Positions 1 to 9,712 of a stretch of 64,000 nucleotides of DNA are shown here, piece by piece. The DNA comes from a virus (lineage: Duplodnaviria > Caudoviricetes). The notes under the pieces are model-generated. The model ran no database searches. It had not been told where the DNA came from and saw only the letters and a program-made list of their open reading frames with translations. Position 1 is the stretch's first letter, and each line of letters opens with the position of its first letter. Location: the IMG/VR virus record IMGVR_UViG_3300011423_000006, positions 1-64,000 of that record; one strand, 5' to 3'. The position numbers and the translations under genes were made by a program.

Positions 1-110
1 CCGTATCCATCTGGCCTTTTGTTCCCGGTCCATAACCAACACTCATCTTTTGAACGAACCTCTACTCGTTTCCAAAAACCATCTATATTTATTCCTTTAA
101 CAATGTACAT
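1..110 (-). CDS. HNH endonuclease, N-terminal part (runs off window)
   Basis: Manual translation MYIVKGINIDGFWKRVEVRSKDECWLWTGNKRPDGYG; FW..V....CW.WTG....GYG is typical of phage HNH_3 proteins. Confidence 0.65.
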   Translation of the reverse strand, partial: MYIVKGINIDGFWKRVEVRSKDECWLWTGNKRPDGY

Positions 111-117
111 TTTTACC

Positions 118-154
118 AAAAAAGCCCGTCTCGGCCCTCCCACCGAGACGGGTT
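118..154 (-). terminator. Rho-independent terminator after vWA gene
   Basis: Perfect inverted repeat cccgtctcgg/ccgagacggg followed by a U-run on the minus strand. Confidence 0.8.
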
Positions 155-168
155 ATTATATTTTATTT

Positions 169-1173
169 TTACAACGTAGTAATACTAGACCCGCCAGCTA
201 CAACCGGCAACGAGCCTTCGATTGTCACTCCCTTTTTCGCCACCTTATTAGATGCATAAGGAGTAATTGCCTGAGTAATTGAATCCGCCGCGTTACATCC
301 TTCGCTTTTCAAGTCTTCGGCTAATTCATCAAGATCAACCGCGCCCTCGTTTGTTCCAATGATTCCCGCAATTGTTTCAGATAAAACATTTACACTCTGA
401 ATTTCAATTACATGATTATCACCTAAAAGGTGCCGCCACCGATCACGAATATCTTTTGTAGTAAAATGACTTGTCCCATCGGGACGAATCATAAAGATTT
501 CATATCGTTCCTTCAATTCTGTAATAATATCTTCAATAGGAATATCTTCCTGAATTGTGTCTCCAATAAGTTGTTTGACTTTGTTCTTATCTACTTTTTT
601 ATAAGGGCGTTCGTCACCAACAAGAAAAATATAACCTTTCTTGCCTCGCTTATCCCAACAATCAATAGAAGTATGACGAGCCATAAAATAAAGGCCCAAA
701 TCATAACTTTCCTCGCTTGTCCCGCCGCCGCCGCCCTCAAGAACCAACTTTTCCAAAGAATCGTCCATCTCAATCCCTGATTCCCATTGACTTATTTGAA
801 GCGGAACTTGATCCGAATAGGCGTCACCTATTGCGTTGAACATTAATTGGGGGTCTTTTACATAGCCTTTTTTCACTAGTAAAGACATTAAAGTTTTTAG
901 ATTATCTACCATAATCTTGGGCGTATCTGCCATTGATCCGGTAACATCCATAAAAACCGTAATTGCCAATGAATTAGGATGAGCCGTACTATCCCGGCTT
1001 TCTCTTAACTTGGCATTAATAGGGTCTAACGCTTTATGCGGGGTCATTTTCGCCCCGGTCAATACTGCTGCGGTTTTAACCGTGTGATCGTAATCAAAGC
1101 CCTTTGTCGCACTCCTAGAGCGCATTGTGGACTTTGCCGAATAACTTAAATCTGACCATGCACTAGCTCCCAC
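169..1173 (-). CDS. von Willebrand factor A (vWA) domain protein
   Basis: MIDAS motif DVTGSM, GGGGG..EESY, IFLVGDE. Confidence 0.85.
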   Translation of the reverse strand: MGASAWSDLSYSAKSTMRSRSATKGFDYDHTVKTAAVLTGAKMTPHKALDPINAKLRESRDSTAHPNSLAITVFMDVTGSMADTPKIMVDNLKTLMSLLVKKGYVKDPQLMFNAIGDAYSDQVPLQISQWESGIEMDDSLEKLVLEGGGGGTSEESYDLGLYFMARHTSIDCWDKRGKKGYIFLVGDERPYKKVDKNKVKQLIGDTIQEDIPIEDIITELKERYEIFMIRPDGTSHFTTKDIRDRWRHLLGDNHVIEIQSVNVLSETIAGIIGTNEGAVDLDELAEDLKSEGCNAADSITQAITPYASNKVAKKGVTIEGSLPVVAGGSSITTL

Positions 1174-1212
1174 CTGATTTACCTTTCTCTTGTATATGTT
1201 TCATTTTCTTTT

Positions 1213-2247
1213 TTAAGACATTTTCAAATCAACCCACTTAGGTTTTCCGTAAACGTCTTTCAAAGTATCATCAAAATCCTCCAAAATGTCAAATGCGTTA
1301 TTTGGCCTTAAAGATGGAGTTTTAATTAATAAACTATTTATAAAATTATTAATAGAATTTGGAATATTTGTATTATTACCTAAAATATAAACCATCAATT
1401 TCGCTGCCATATAAACATCGGTCCCAAAACTCACTTTTTGTTTCAACCAAATTTCAGGCGCATAAAACTCTTGATATTTAGAAACTTGAAATCCAACCGT
1501 TTGACCATTTTCGACAGCCCCGCACCAATCAATTAATAATCCATTATGATCCTCAGGGCAAATTAAAAAATTACTTGGAATAATATGAGAATGAACTAGG
1601 CCAACTTCGTTGGCTATCGCAATCGCCGCGAGCAATCGCTTAAAAATCCAAGCCATATGCCGCCCATCAACACCACTTGGATATTGCTGTTTTACTTGTT
1701 CCAGCGAATAAGCTTTAAATTTCCAAGTTTTAATGACATTAGTTGCTTTGCCGTCAATTTGAAAAGATTCAATTAAATTAGGAACGTGCGAATCAGCAAG
1801 CACTTGAAATTGCCCATGTTTTTGTTTATGGATTTTCTTTAGATTCTCCGCCTCTTTATCCAAATATTTATTTAAACTAATTTCTTTCGCGATTTTTAAA
1901 ATCGCTCCTTGCTCCGTAAAATAAACATTAGATAAATCCCCCGAAATTCCTTTTTCTGCAACAGTATAAGTATTTTTCTTAGATTTAATCGAAGTTCTAA
2001 GAACTTCTCCATATCTATCATTTTTTACTTCCTCTTGCGCCCGATCATAGAAATTATTTAGTAATTTAAAGGCTTCTTCTGCCATTTTATCACCGGGAGC
2101 TTTATCAGGATGAACCAACTTAGCCATTTGATTAAAAATAGACTTAATCTCATCTAGTTTTTCATCTAAAGAACCTTTTAATTCCCCAAATACATCTTTG
2201 GTAATAGCAGCTTTCTGAAGCCTCGCTAGAATTAAATCTATCGTCAT
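1213..2247 (-). CDS. J-domain plus protein-kinase-like (probable pseudokinase) fusion
   Basis: LVHPDK J-domain motif; kinase fold with ILKIAK, VHSHIIPSNFLI, LLIDW, YAPE, TDVY. Confidence 0.8.
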   Translation of the reverse strand: MTIDLILARLQKAAITKDVFGELKGSLDEKLDEIKSIFNQMAKLVHPDKAPGDKMAEEAFKLLNNFYDRAQEEVKNDRYGEVLRTSIKSKKNTYTVAEKGISGDLSNVYFTEQGAILKIAKEISLNKYLDKEAENLKKIHKQKHGQFQVLADSHVPNLIESFQIDGKATNVIKTWKFKAYSLEQVKQQYPSGVDGRHMAWIFKRLLAAIAIANEVGLVHSHIIPSNFLICPEDHNGLLIDWCGAVENGQTVGFQVSKYQEFYAPEIWLKQKVSFGTDVYMAAKLMVYILGNNTNIPNSINNFINSLLIKTPSLRPNNAFDILEDFDDTLKDVYGKPKWVDLKMS

Positions 2248-2253
2248 ATTCCT

Positions 2254-2282
2254 ATTATCCTATGAATTATCGTGTTTGTCAA
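2254..2282 (-). promoter_or_regulatory. sigma70-like promoter, near-leaderless
   Basis: TTGACA-17 nt-GATAAT, then 6 nt to the ATG at 2247. Confidence 0.7.
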
Positions 2283-2286
2283 TACC

Positions 2287-2613
2287 TTACCATTCCATAT
2301 GAAATAAAATCTGCCGTTCGCCGCCCTTCTTTACGCCAAATTCATCTAAATAATATTTTAACACTTGTTTTTGCCAATCTTCCGCGCCCTCGCCCAAACT
2401 TTCGTACAATGTAAATAATGAATTGTTCCCCGAAAAGCCGTTATAAGTCAAAAAATGCCAAAAATCACAATAAGGAGGATTATTTTGGGGCTCAGGATAT
2501 TGATAACTATGTTTTAATACATTTCTTGTATCAATTTTATATTTTTTTTCAATATATTCGGTGCATTTACTAAAATCATAGCAAACAATTTTTTTCTTAG
2601 AGGGCTTTTTCAT
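2287..2613 (-). CDS. hypothetical protein
   Basis: ORF in co-oriented overlapping gene array. Confidence 0.6.
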   Translation of the reverse strand: MKKPSKKKIVCYDFSKCTEYIEKKYKIDTRNVLKHSYQYPEPQNNPPYCDFWHFLTYNGFSGNNSLFTLYESLGEGAEDWQKQVLKYYLDEFGVKKGGERQILFHMEW

Positions 2614-2990
2614 GATTTCACCAAAATAGACATATCTAGTTCTTTATATTCCATATCGTAAAGAGGGTTTAAATTAAACTCAGATAAAATAACATTATCG
2701 ACGGCATCGTTTTTATAAACCCAAATACCGTTTGGTTCCTCGGTCTTATAAGGAATTAAATGTTCTCTTGGAATTTTAAAATTAACTTTTTCTACTACAT
2801 CTTCAATGCAATAAGAACAGGGGGCAATTAATTTAGCCACACTTCGAATTACAACGTCTACCGAGTCAAAATGTACAATTAATTTCTTTTTGGGAATTTT
2901 CAGTCCTAATCCATGAGTTACAATTTGCGGTGTCGTTACGCAAAGCGTAACTCCTGTTAAAAAATCAGTTAAAAAATTTCTTCTATTCAT
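2610..2990 (-). CDS. hypothetical protein with Tat-like N-terminus
   Basis: MNRRNFL start. Confidence 0.55.
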   Translation of the reverse strand: MNRRNFLTDFLTGVTLCVTTPQIVTHGLGLKIPKKKLIVHFDSVDVVIRSVAKLIAPCSYCIEDVVEKVNFKIPREHLIPYKTEEPNGIWVYKNDAVDNVILSEFNLNPLYDMEYKELDMSILVKS

Positions 2991-3205
2991 ACTTCCTTCC
3001 CAAAATCCAATATTTCTTTGATTCCATTAATATTAACTACGCAGCCAAAATGATCTTCTATTTCACAAAAATGATGGAACACAACGGGAATTCCCGGCAA
3101 TCCATCAAAAAAATAAACCTGATAGGGTGTTAAGGTAGCCCCATGTTTTTTCTTCGATTTCCACAAATCCCTGAAAAAATCAATAATAGAAGTATCGTTT
3201 TTCAT
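2987..3205 (-). CDS. hypothetical protein
   Basis: ATGA-coupled ORF. Confidence 0.55.
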   Translation of the reverse strand: MKNDTSIIDFFRDLWKSKKKHGATLTPYQVYFFDGLPGIPVVFHHFCEIEDHFGCVVNINGIKEILDFGKEV

Positions 3206-3576
3206 TTTTTAATAGTTAGTTCGCCTAAATTCCAACTTTTTAATCCATCGACGGCTTTATCTAAAATAACCCCGCCCCTAATATCATTATAAATTCCAAT
3301 GACCGTCCGAATTTGACCGCCGCAACTTACTTTTTTCCCAATAATTGATTTATCACTCCACATTTGATATTTTTTTTGGGACGGCTCGATTACTTCATCT
3401 AAATCTAAAATTTGGTTTAAATTTTGAATAGCGCCTTCTAATAATTCAATTTGTTGCCCGCGTTTTTTCGTGTGCCGCCGATCCGATTCATGCTGCGCTA
3501 TATCTTCCAGCCAAGACGTTAACAATTCTAAAGTATATCCATGTGCATACGCCGTACTATTTTCTCCAAATTTCAT
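3202..3576 (-). CDS. hypothetical protein
   Basis: ATGA-coupled ORF. Confidence 0.6.
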   Translation of the reverse strand: MKFGENSTAYAHGYTLELLTSWLEDIAQHESDRRHTKKRGQQIELLEGAIQNLNQILDLDEVIEPSQKKYQMWSDKSIIGKKVSCGGQIRTVIGIYNDIRGGVILDKAVDGLKSWNLGELTIKK

Positions 3577-3580
3577 ATTT

Positions 3581-3934
3581 TTATAATCTGACTAATTCTT
3601 CGGCCCCCTCCATCCACCAGCTAAACGGCCAAGCCCCGGATTTAAATCTAATTAAATGAATATTATTTTTTTGTTCTTCTTTGGATTTGTTATTGTTACA
3701 TTTATAACAACTTAACACCCGTCTTTTTTCATGGTTCAAATTAGGCGTATATCGGAGCGGATTTATCCTGCTGTAAAGATGCTCGATTGTGGCTTCGTTG
3801 TCAAGAGCCTTGCCCCCGTTTCGATCCGTGACTAAGACCGTCAAACACCCACAATAATAACAATTAGGATTTTCATTCCATAATTTAATTCTTTGTTTAG
3901 CCAAACGACCGCGCTTGGATTTTCTTCTATTCAT
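3581..3934 (-). CDS. HNH endonuclease
   Basis: CYYCG...ATIEH...SCYKCNNNK. Confidence 0.8.
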   Translation of the reverse strand: MNRRKSKRGRLAKQRIKLWNENPNCYYCGCLTVLVTDRNGGKALDNEATIEHLYSRINPLRYTPNLNHEKRRVLSCYKCNNNKSKEEQKNNIHLIRFKSGAWPFSWWMEGAEELVRL

Positions 3935-3937
3935 TAT

Positions 3938-4279
3938 TTATAAATTTTTAACGTATTTAAGAACTGTATCAGCTATTTCTTTGAAAGATTTTCTTTCTGT
4001 ATCATTTAAACAAACTAAATCAGACCCCTTAAATTTCTTTTTAGTATAATACCCTGTCTTTGTTTTCAATCCAGACCATTCCCGAACCGGGAGCGGCACA
4101 CCATAAGCGTCACCATAAAACACGCCGTCATCCCATTTCTCATCGTGTTCTTTCGCGTATAAATCGCATAACACTCCTAAACAACAAAATTTATTCTCGT
4201 AGCGCAATTGATCGCGGCCCTGTTGATATTCGCCGCTCTTTAAAGCCTTGGCCCATTTTTTAGCTATTTTTGCTTTCAT
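3938..4279 (-). CDS. conserved phage protein (tandem paralog 1)
   Basis: W.KAL.SG.Y.QG..QL, CCLGVLCDL, LND motifs shared with the next ORF. Confidence 0.75.
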   Translation of the reverse strand: MKAKIAKKWAKALKSGEYQQGRDQLRYENKFCCLGVLCDLYAKEHDEKWDDGVFYGDAYGVPLPVREWSGLKTKTGYYTKKKFKGSDLVCLNDTERKSFKEIADTVLKYVKNL

Positions 4280-4614
4280 AAATGTTTAATATTTCTTTCA
4301 ATAGCCCGAGCTATTTGTTTAAAACTGTATTGTCTATTATCATTTAATTCAGTAAGACTAGCTCCACTTTTAATATATCCATCTGCGTTCTGTTCTTTCA
4401 TACCAGCCCATTTTGCAACCGTTATGGGAGCGGTGGCAAAACTGCCCAAATATAAATTACTATGCCATTTTTTCCCGGTTGATTTAGAATGTAAATCACA
4501 AAGAACCCCAAGACAACAATATTCATTATTAGCATTTTTTAATTGTTCGGTCCCCTGTTTATACAATCCACTCCTAAGAGCTTTGATCCAACGTTTAGCT
4601 ATATTAGATTTCAT
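4276..4614 (-). CDS. conserved phage protein (tandem paralog 2)
   Basis: Same motifs as 3938-4279. Confidence 0.75.
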   Translation of the reverse strand: MKSNIAKRWIKALRSGLYKQGTEQLKNANNEYCCLGVLCDLHSKSTGKKWHSNLYLGSFATAPITVAKWAGMKEQNADGYIKSGASLTELNDNRQYSFKQIARAIERNIKHL

Positions 4615-4635
4615 TATTTATTATAATTTATGATT

Positions 4636-4668
4636 AAAAGGGATGCCCCGGATTAACAGGGCACCTTA
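4636..4668 (-). terminator. Rho-independent terminator after beta-barrel gene
   Basis: aaggtgccc-loop-gggcatccc then tttt on the minus strand. Confidence 0.6.
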
Positions 4669-4681
4669 TTTTAACAATTAA

Positions 4682-5236
4682 TTAAAATGCGAGCCCAATC
4701 CCGAAACTATAGCGCCAACCATTCTCGCTATAGTCATCAAGAGCAATATCATAATTGACGCCGCTATAGATAAATGCGTTGCCAATGTAATATTGAAATG
4801 TCGCCTCAGGACCAGTGCGCCACGCGCCCCTAAAGGATACGTCAAACTCACCGTTGTCTGAATCCGCCTCAACGTCAGAGTATTGAATGCCCGCGCTCCA
4901 ACCGGTATTGAGATACAATTCGCCAAACAGATGCCAAGACCAATTAAGGTTTACGTCCGTCGATCCGGCAAAGTCCGGTTCCCAAAACGCACCCTGAACG
5001 AGTCCCACCCAAAGACTAGGGGCGAACTCGAAAGGGTTAGTTGAGAGCGATACGTCCACCCCGAACAAGCTTTCATTATTAACATGCGTGCCAGCCCCGC
5101 CAAGCGTAAGCTCCCAAGACCATGCTTCGCTGGCCTTGCCTGTATCAGCCGCTTGCGCGACTAGATTTGTTTCTCCTGAATAACCGAGACTCGTAAGAAC
5201 GAGTACCGCCGTTAGAATTACCATTAATTTTTTCAT
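4682..5236 (-). CDS. putative outer-membrane beta-barrel protein
   Basis: Signal peptide, alternating aromatic beta strands, C-terminal YSFGIGLAF beta-signal. Confidence 0.7.
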   Translation of the reverse strand: MKKLMVILTAVLVLTSLGYSGETNLVAQAADTGKASEAWSWELTLGGAGTHVNNESLFGVDVSLSTNPFEFAPSLWVGLVQGAFWEPDFAGSTDVNLNWSWHLFGELYLNTGWSAGIQYSDVEADSDNGEFDVSFRGAWRTGPEATFQYYIGNAFIYSGVNYDIALDDYSENGWRYSFGIGLAF

Positions 5237-5272
5237 TTTTATATTTCTCTCTTTTATATTCTTTTCGTTACA

Positions 5273-6319
5273 TTACTCGGCATTGACCGGCACAATACAA
5301 CTAAAGAAAATCAACTTATAAATATTCATACATTGTTGCTTGGACATTTTATTTCCAATTAAATCAATATCCACTTGAGACGCAATAACCGTTTCGTCGC
5401 GTATTGTGTCCTTGTATTTCATCGTTCCCGTCAAAGCAGAAAGCGCATTATCCACCGCAAAAAACGATTCCTCGTCAACCGCCGCCGTGTTAAAAACAGC
5501 CGACTCGTTTGCTGGCGGCTCATTAAGGCGTACGTCGAATTGATATTCGCCCAATCCATTAGACTTGCGTTGCGGAGACTCGACCCAACGAATATTGCCG
5601 GTCAAACGATCCGTCTTTTGTCCGCCCTGAAAATAATAAGTAATAGTTACATTATCAAAAAACCATACAAAACGATCATAATCATAAACCATCGAACCAT
5701 TTACAATACTATCAGGATAAAAAGGCACCGGCCCTGACGGAAGTTTATGACTTTGAAACAGCATCTTATCAGACTTTTTAACCTTGATTGTAACAGTTTT
5801 GCCGCCAATCATTCGACTAATCCCTAGAGAGTCCAACATACCCGCCGATTTCTTCACCAAAGATTTTCCGAGCACCGTTCCGCCAAACTTACTTTCAAAA
5901 CTGGCAATTTGTCCCTGTCCCACTACCCCAAGCTTCAAATCGCCCGCATCATAATTATATTGTCCATTAGGGTCAATTGGCACCGAACCATAAATGCGCC
6001 CCACATCAATAGCCTTCCCGATCCGAGAATTAAAAACCCCGCAAACAACTTCATAATTTAAAGAAGCGTTTTGCGCTACTCCATAAACTGTCCCCGCAAT
6101 ATATGGCTTAAACTTAATTGTTCCGACAAACGTTGAACTATTACTAATATTATTACTAATAGTATATTCATCGCTAATTCCAACCTTCCCCACCGCAAGA
6201 CGACTATTATACTTAATTCCCATATTTCCTTTAATAAAAATAGGAATGTTTGTATTCACTTGCCCCATAACGCTGATTGCAAAAACCAGCCCGATAATTG
6301 TGTTTCTAATCATTTTCAT
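5273..6319 (-). CDS. secreted beta-rich protein
   Basis: N-terminal signal peptide; G/V/Y-rich beta pattern. Confidence 0.65.
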   Translation of the reverse strand: MKMIRNTIIGLVFAISVMGQVNTNIPIFIKGNMGIKYNSRLAVGKVGISDEYTISNNISNSSTFVGTIKFKPYIAGTVYGVAQNASLNYEVVCGVFNSRIGKAIDVGRIYGSVPIDPNGQYNYDAGDLKLGVVGQGQIASFESKFGGTVLGKSLVKKSAGMLDSLGISRMIGGKTVTIKVKKSDKMLFQSHKLPSGPVPFYPDSIVNGSMVYDYDRFVWFFDNVTITYYFQGGQKTDRLTGNIRWVESPQRKSNGLGEYQFDVRLNEPPANESAVFNTAAVDEESFFAVDNALSALTGTMKYKDTIRDETVIASQVDIDLIGNKMSKQQCMNIYKLIFFSCIVPVNAE

Positions 6320-6341
6320 TTTTTACTAATTGTTAATTGTT

Positions 6342-6461
6342 TTACTGAACTTCTTCCACTACCGCTCCCTCATCATCATTTGTATTATTGCATGATCCAA
6401 GCATAACGAGCCCGATCAAAATTATCAAAACAAACAAACTTCCTAATATTCTAAATTTCAT
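6342..6461 (-). CDS. small lipoprotein (39 aa, not in ORF track)
   Basis: MKFRILGSLFVLIILIGLVMLGSC lipobox followed by an acidic tail. Confidence 0.6.
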   Translation of the reverse strand: MKFRILGSLFVLIILIGLVMLGSCNNTNDDEGAVVEEVQ

Positions 6462-6484
6462 ATTTTTTGTTTTTAATTATTAAA

Positions 6485-7210
6485 TTATTGACCAATCTTT
6501 TCTTTGACGACCGGCTCACTATGCGAATTCCCCAACTCTGGAATTTCGGCCCCATCAGCTTCATCTAACAAACTCGTTTCCAAGTCTGCCAAAGCCATAT
6601 TAAGGTTTTTCTGAACACTGTCAAATGCGGTTTCCTTCTGCAATTCTGCAAAGAAATCGTCTTCTGACATGCCTGCTGCTTCTCCTAGCTCGTTAGCCGC
6701 TTGCGCCATTTGCCAAATAGCATCAGCTTTCTTAATAACTAATTTAAAATCAGCTAAACCCTTTTCTGCTTCCTTATATTTCTTTTGACGCAAATTATAA
6801 AGAGCCACCATTTTACTCAAAACGTTTTTATATTTATCTGCTTCCTCGGGAAAATTCTTGATAAACCCCGCCAACTTATCTTTATAATCTTCGATTGCCG
6901 CGAAAAAAGTATTAATCTTTTGCCGCGCCGTAACTAACTTATCCGATTCCCTTGCATACTGATTTTGCAATGTTTCCACTGGATTTCGCATCGCTTCGGC
7001 TTTAAGAGCCTTCAGCCGCCAATTAGCCATCATCGAAGCAAACACCGGAGTAAACCAAATTGTCGCCCATCCTAACGCCGCCGCAACCGCCAAACCAACT
7101 AGCCCTTTAATTGCTATAAAAGCAAACGGAGCAACCAAAAACCCCGCGACTCCAAGCCCTACCAGTTTAACCAATAGTTCGATTTTCTTTCTTTTTTCTT
7201 CGTTATTCAT
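6485..7210 (-). CDS. membrane-anchored PspA/IM30-like coiled-coil protein
   Basis: Two N-terminal TM helices, NPVETL then a long coiled coil. Confidence 0.55.
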   Translation of the reverse strand: MNNEEKRKKIELLVKLVGLGVAGFLVAPFAFIAIKGLVGLAVAAALGWATIWFTPVFASMMANWRLKALKAEAMRNPVETLQNQYARESDKLVTARQKINTFFAAIEDYKDKLAGFIKNFPEEADKYKNVLSKMVALYNLRQKKYKEAEKGLADFKLVIKKADAIWQMAQAANELGEAAGMSEDDFFAELQKETAFDSVQKNLNMALADLETSLLDEADGAEIPELGNSHSEPVVKEKIGQ

Positions 7211-7222
7211 ATATTTAATATA

Positions 7223-7405
7223 TTAATTCCTTTTTTCTAAAATTTCCTTTACAATATTAAGTAAAATTGGAACAATTTCTTTGGGCTCCGAGCCGACAAA
7301 CTTCCGCGCCCTCAAATGCAACCGATCAAAACAAGGCTTGCAAAGCATCTTGTCGTCTACCGCAATTTCACCAGTATTACCGCAAAAACATTGGTTCTTT
7401 ATCAT
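7223..7405 (-). CDS. small Cys-motif protein
   Basis: CFCG...CKPC. Confidence 0.45.
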   Translation of the reverse strand: MIKNQCFCGNTGEIAVDDKMLCKPCFDRLHLRARKFVGSEPKEIVPILLNIVKEILEKRN

Positions 7406-7438
7406 GGGATTGGATACTAGCCGTTATGGTAAATTTTG

Positions 7439-7648
7439 TCAAATATGGATAAGCCCTCGGGGGTAAAACTCCATTTTGGGAAGACTCGTATAAAACATAC
7501 TAAAATCCTTTTTAAAAAGAGTTTGTACTAATCGCCGCGCCTCATTTTCATCTGGAGCGGTTATCACCGCCACGCAATCATTATCTAAAATAGTATTTTC
7601 AAATTTATGAACATGATTTTGCCCAAATGTTATATAATATTTATTCAT
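7439..7648 (-). CDS. hypothetical phage protein
   Basis: YYITFGQNH start; co-oriented. Confidence 0.6.
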   Translation of the reverse strand: MNKYYITFGQNHVHKFENTILDNDCVAVITAPDENEARRLVQTLFKKDFSMFYTSLPKMEFYPRGLIHI

Positions 7649-7789
7649 TTTTTATTCTATTTCCCATCGGTATAATATGTAACCATTTTTAAATAAAAGT
7701 TCTTTATAATCTTCCCAACTAATTAAATGTCTAAACCATCGCCAGTCTTTCCAAACTTCTATTTCGTTTAAAAATTTATTCATTTTAAA

Positions 7790-8806
7790 TTATTCTTTCC
7801 CACTAATAGGATCAATCCAAATCACTTCATGCGGGCGGTCTTGCGCCGGAATTAATTTACGCCCCACTTCATACATTTTTCCGTAAACCTGATTACGCAA
7901 ATGTCCGCGCCGTTTGAAGAAACGTCTTGTTCCCCCCGTCCCGGTGCCTTTAGTCCCGCCCTCATATACCCTTTGATACTTAAACCCGATCACATTTGCG
8001 CCCCAAAGAGCGTCATAACTCTTATTAGGACGATTAGGAACAACCTTTTCTTTTCTTAATTGTTGCCCCATTTCTATATAAGCGGGGCGGGCAATCATTC
8101 CCAAAATAATTAAAATAGCTAAAACAGTAACTTTTTTAGTTATTTCTTTATCTTGTTCGGGCGTTAAACTTACCAGTCCCGCCGCCTCTCTTTCCGCCAT
8201 CGTTAATAAAAAAGTATCATCTAAAAAAGGTTTTGAATCTATAAAAGTTTGCAATTCTCCCGAAACCGGCCACATACCGCCGTAATCCTGACACACTTTC
8301 ATATCAGAAAAAACAGGATAATGTAAAGCCACTCGATCCTCAGGAAAACTTACTTTAAAATCCCGCCCAAGATTTTGCTCCCCGGCAGGAATTCTTGCAA
8401 TGGCAATCCAAGGAATAGGGGCCGGGAAAATTTCCTTCATTACATCCAGCGGCAAACAAAAAAGCATTGCATCAAAAGGCCACTTCAAATATTTTAATTG
8501 AAAATCCGGGGATAAATCTGTTGCCAGCAAAGCCCGCATGAATTCCGAATGAATAAAAAAAGTTGGCACTTCTAATTCAACTAATCGTTTACAACATAAA
8601 TCAATTCCACCTACAATGGGATTTCGAGTGCAATAATTAGTTTCGGCCAAATGTAAAACCGCCGTTAATGGAATTCCATAAGTTTTTGGGTCCGCATAAT
8701 TTTGAGAAGGCAAAATAATTCTTCTCGGATAAGCCTTTTTAAATTTCTCGGGCCATCTATCCGTAATTAATTGACCGTATTCTAAAAACTCAGGATCGAA
8801 TTTCAT
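7790..8806 (-). CDS. conserved hypothetical phage protein
   Basis: C-terminal RRGHLRNQVYG...IWIDP motif. Confidence 0.7.
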   Translation of the reverse strand: MKFDPEFLEYGQLITDRWPEKFKKAYPRRIILPSQNYADPKTYGIPLTAVLHLAETNYCTRNPIVGGIDLCCKRLVELEVPTFFIHSEFMRALLATDLSPDFQLKYLKWPFDAMLFCLPLDVMKEIFPAPIPWIAIARIPAGEQNLGRDFKVSFPEDRVALHYPVFSDMKVCQDYGGMWPVSGELQTFIDSKPFLDDTFLLTMAEREAAGLVSLTPEQDKEITKKVTVLAILIILGMIARPAYIEMGQQLRKEKVVPNRPNKSYDALWGANVIGFKYQRVYEGGTKGTGTGGTRRFFKRRGHLRNQVYGKMYEVGRKLIPAQDRPHEVIWIDPISGKE

Positions 8807-9099
8807 TTGATTTGCTTCATCGGTTGCATTGTCTTCAAATTATTTTGTAAATAACCAACCGAAAAGTTTTTTGTTCGTTGAATTACTTCTGTTGAATATC
8901 TTGTCCGACCATTGCGATAATCGGTTGTTTTCACTCCCGCAACCCTGCTCCAATATTTTACCGCTCCGAGGGATAATTTAGACCTAGTTGCTACTAAAGT
9001 CAAGGCCATCCCTTGAGCTACCAGCATCACGGCGTAACGCCGTTGCGGACTCAAAAGGATTTTATTTAATGTTTGTCTTTGTAAATCTTTTCCGGTCAT
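8803..9099 (-). CDS. putative HTH DNA-binding protein
   Basis: GMALTLVATRSKLSLGAVKYW resembles an HTH; basic. Confidence 0.5.
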   Translation of the reverse strand: MTGKDLQRQTLNKILLSPQRRYAVMLVAQGMALTLVATRSKLSLGAVKYWSRVAGVKTTDYRNGRTRYSTEVIQRTKNFSVGYLQNNLKTMQPMKQIK

Positions 9100-9130
9100 A
9101 TTTTTATTTGTTAATTATTAAAAGAATTAA

Positions 9131-9487
9131 TTAAATTTCGTTTTGTTGTTCCAGAAGGATAGAATTAATCACATTAGTTAAATGTCGCTTGCAAGTAAGA
9201 CAATGAAAAGGCTCCTGCAAAGAAACAATTGATTTGGGCGTGTTATTTGAAGCCTTAGTTCTCGTAACGGAAGTTTTGCGCGAAACTTTATCTTGAATTT
9301 TTTGAACTTTCACAAAACGCTTCAAATGATAATATACATTATGATCTTTTACGTCCTTCAGGACTTGGCCCCATTCGGGGTGTTGACTAATCGCATATTT
9401 GTAAGAAGTGCCGTACTGATTGGCAATCTCTTGCAATAAGGCTTTTTGTTCCAGTGTCATTACGCTAGTTTCAATCTTTGTTTTCAT
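9131..9487 (-). CDS. hypothetical protein
   Basis: ORF directly behind a sigma70-like promoter. Confidence 0.6.
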   Translation of the reverse strand: MKTKIETSVMTLEQKALLQEIANQYGTSYKYAISQHPEWGQVLKDVKDHNVYYHLKRFVKVQKIQDKVSRKTSVTRTKASNNTPKSIVSLQEPFHCLTCKRHLTNVINSILLEQQNEI

Positions 9488-9499
9488 AGACTATCGTTA

Positions 9500-9528
9500 A
9501 CTATGATTGAATACCGATTCTTTGTCAA
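9500..9528 (-). promoter_or_regulatory. sigma70-like promoter
   Basis: TTGACA-17-CATAGT. Confidence 0.6.
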
Positions 9529-9627
9529 GGGGTCTTTTTAGGCGTATTTAATAACAAATAAGGGCTACGTAGGTTTCTTGATTTTCATAGGGACTTCCCC
9601 TAAGGATAATTTAGCAATTTTGCGGAC

Positions 9628-9656
9628 TTGCATATTTGCCAACAAAAGCCTACTTT
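9628..9656 (+). promoter_or_regulatory. divergent promoter for AIPR gene
   Basis: TTGCAT-17-TACTTT. Confidence 0.45.
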
Positions 9657-9712
9657 CCTCTCTTGAACGCTCAAAAAGAGCTAAGGGAAACAACAATAAA
9701 CAACGATAAAAT

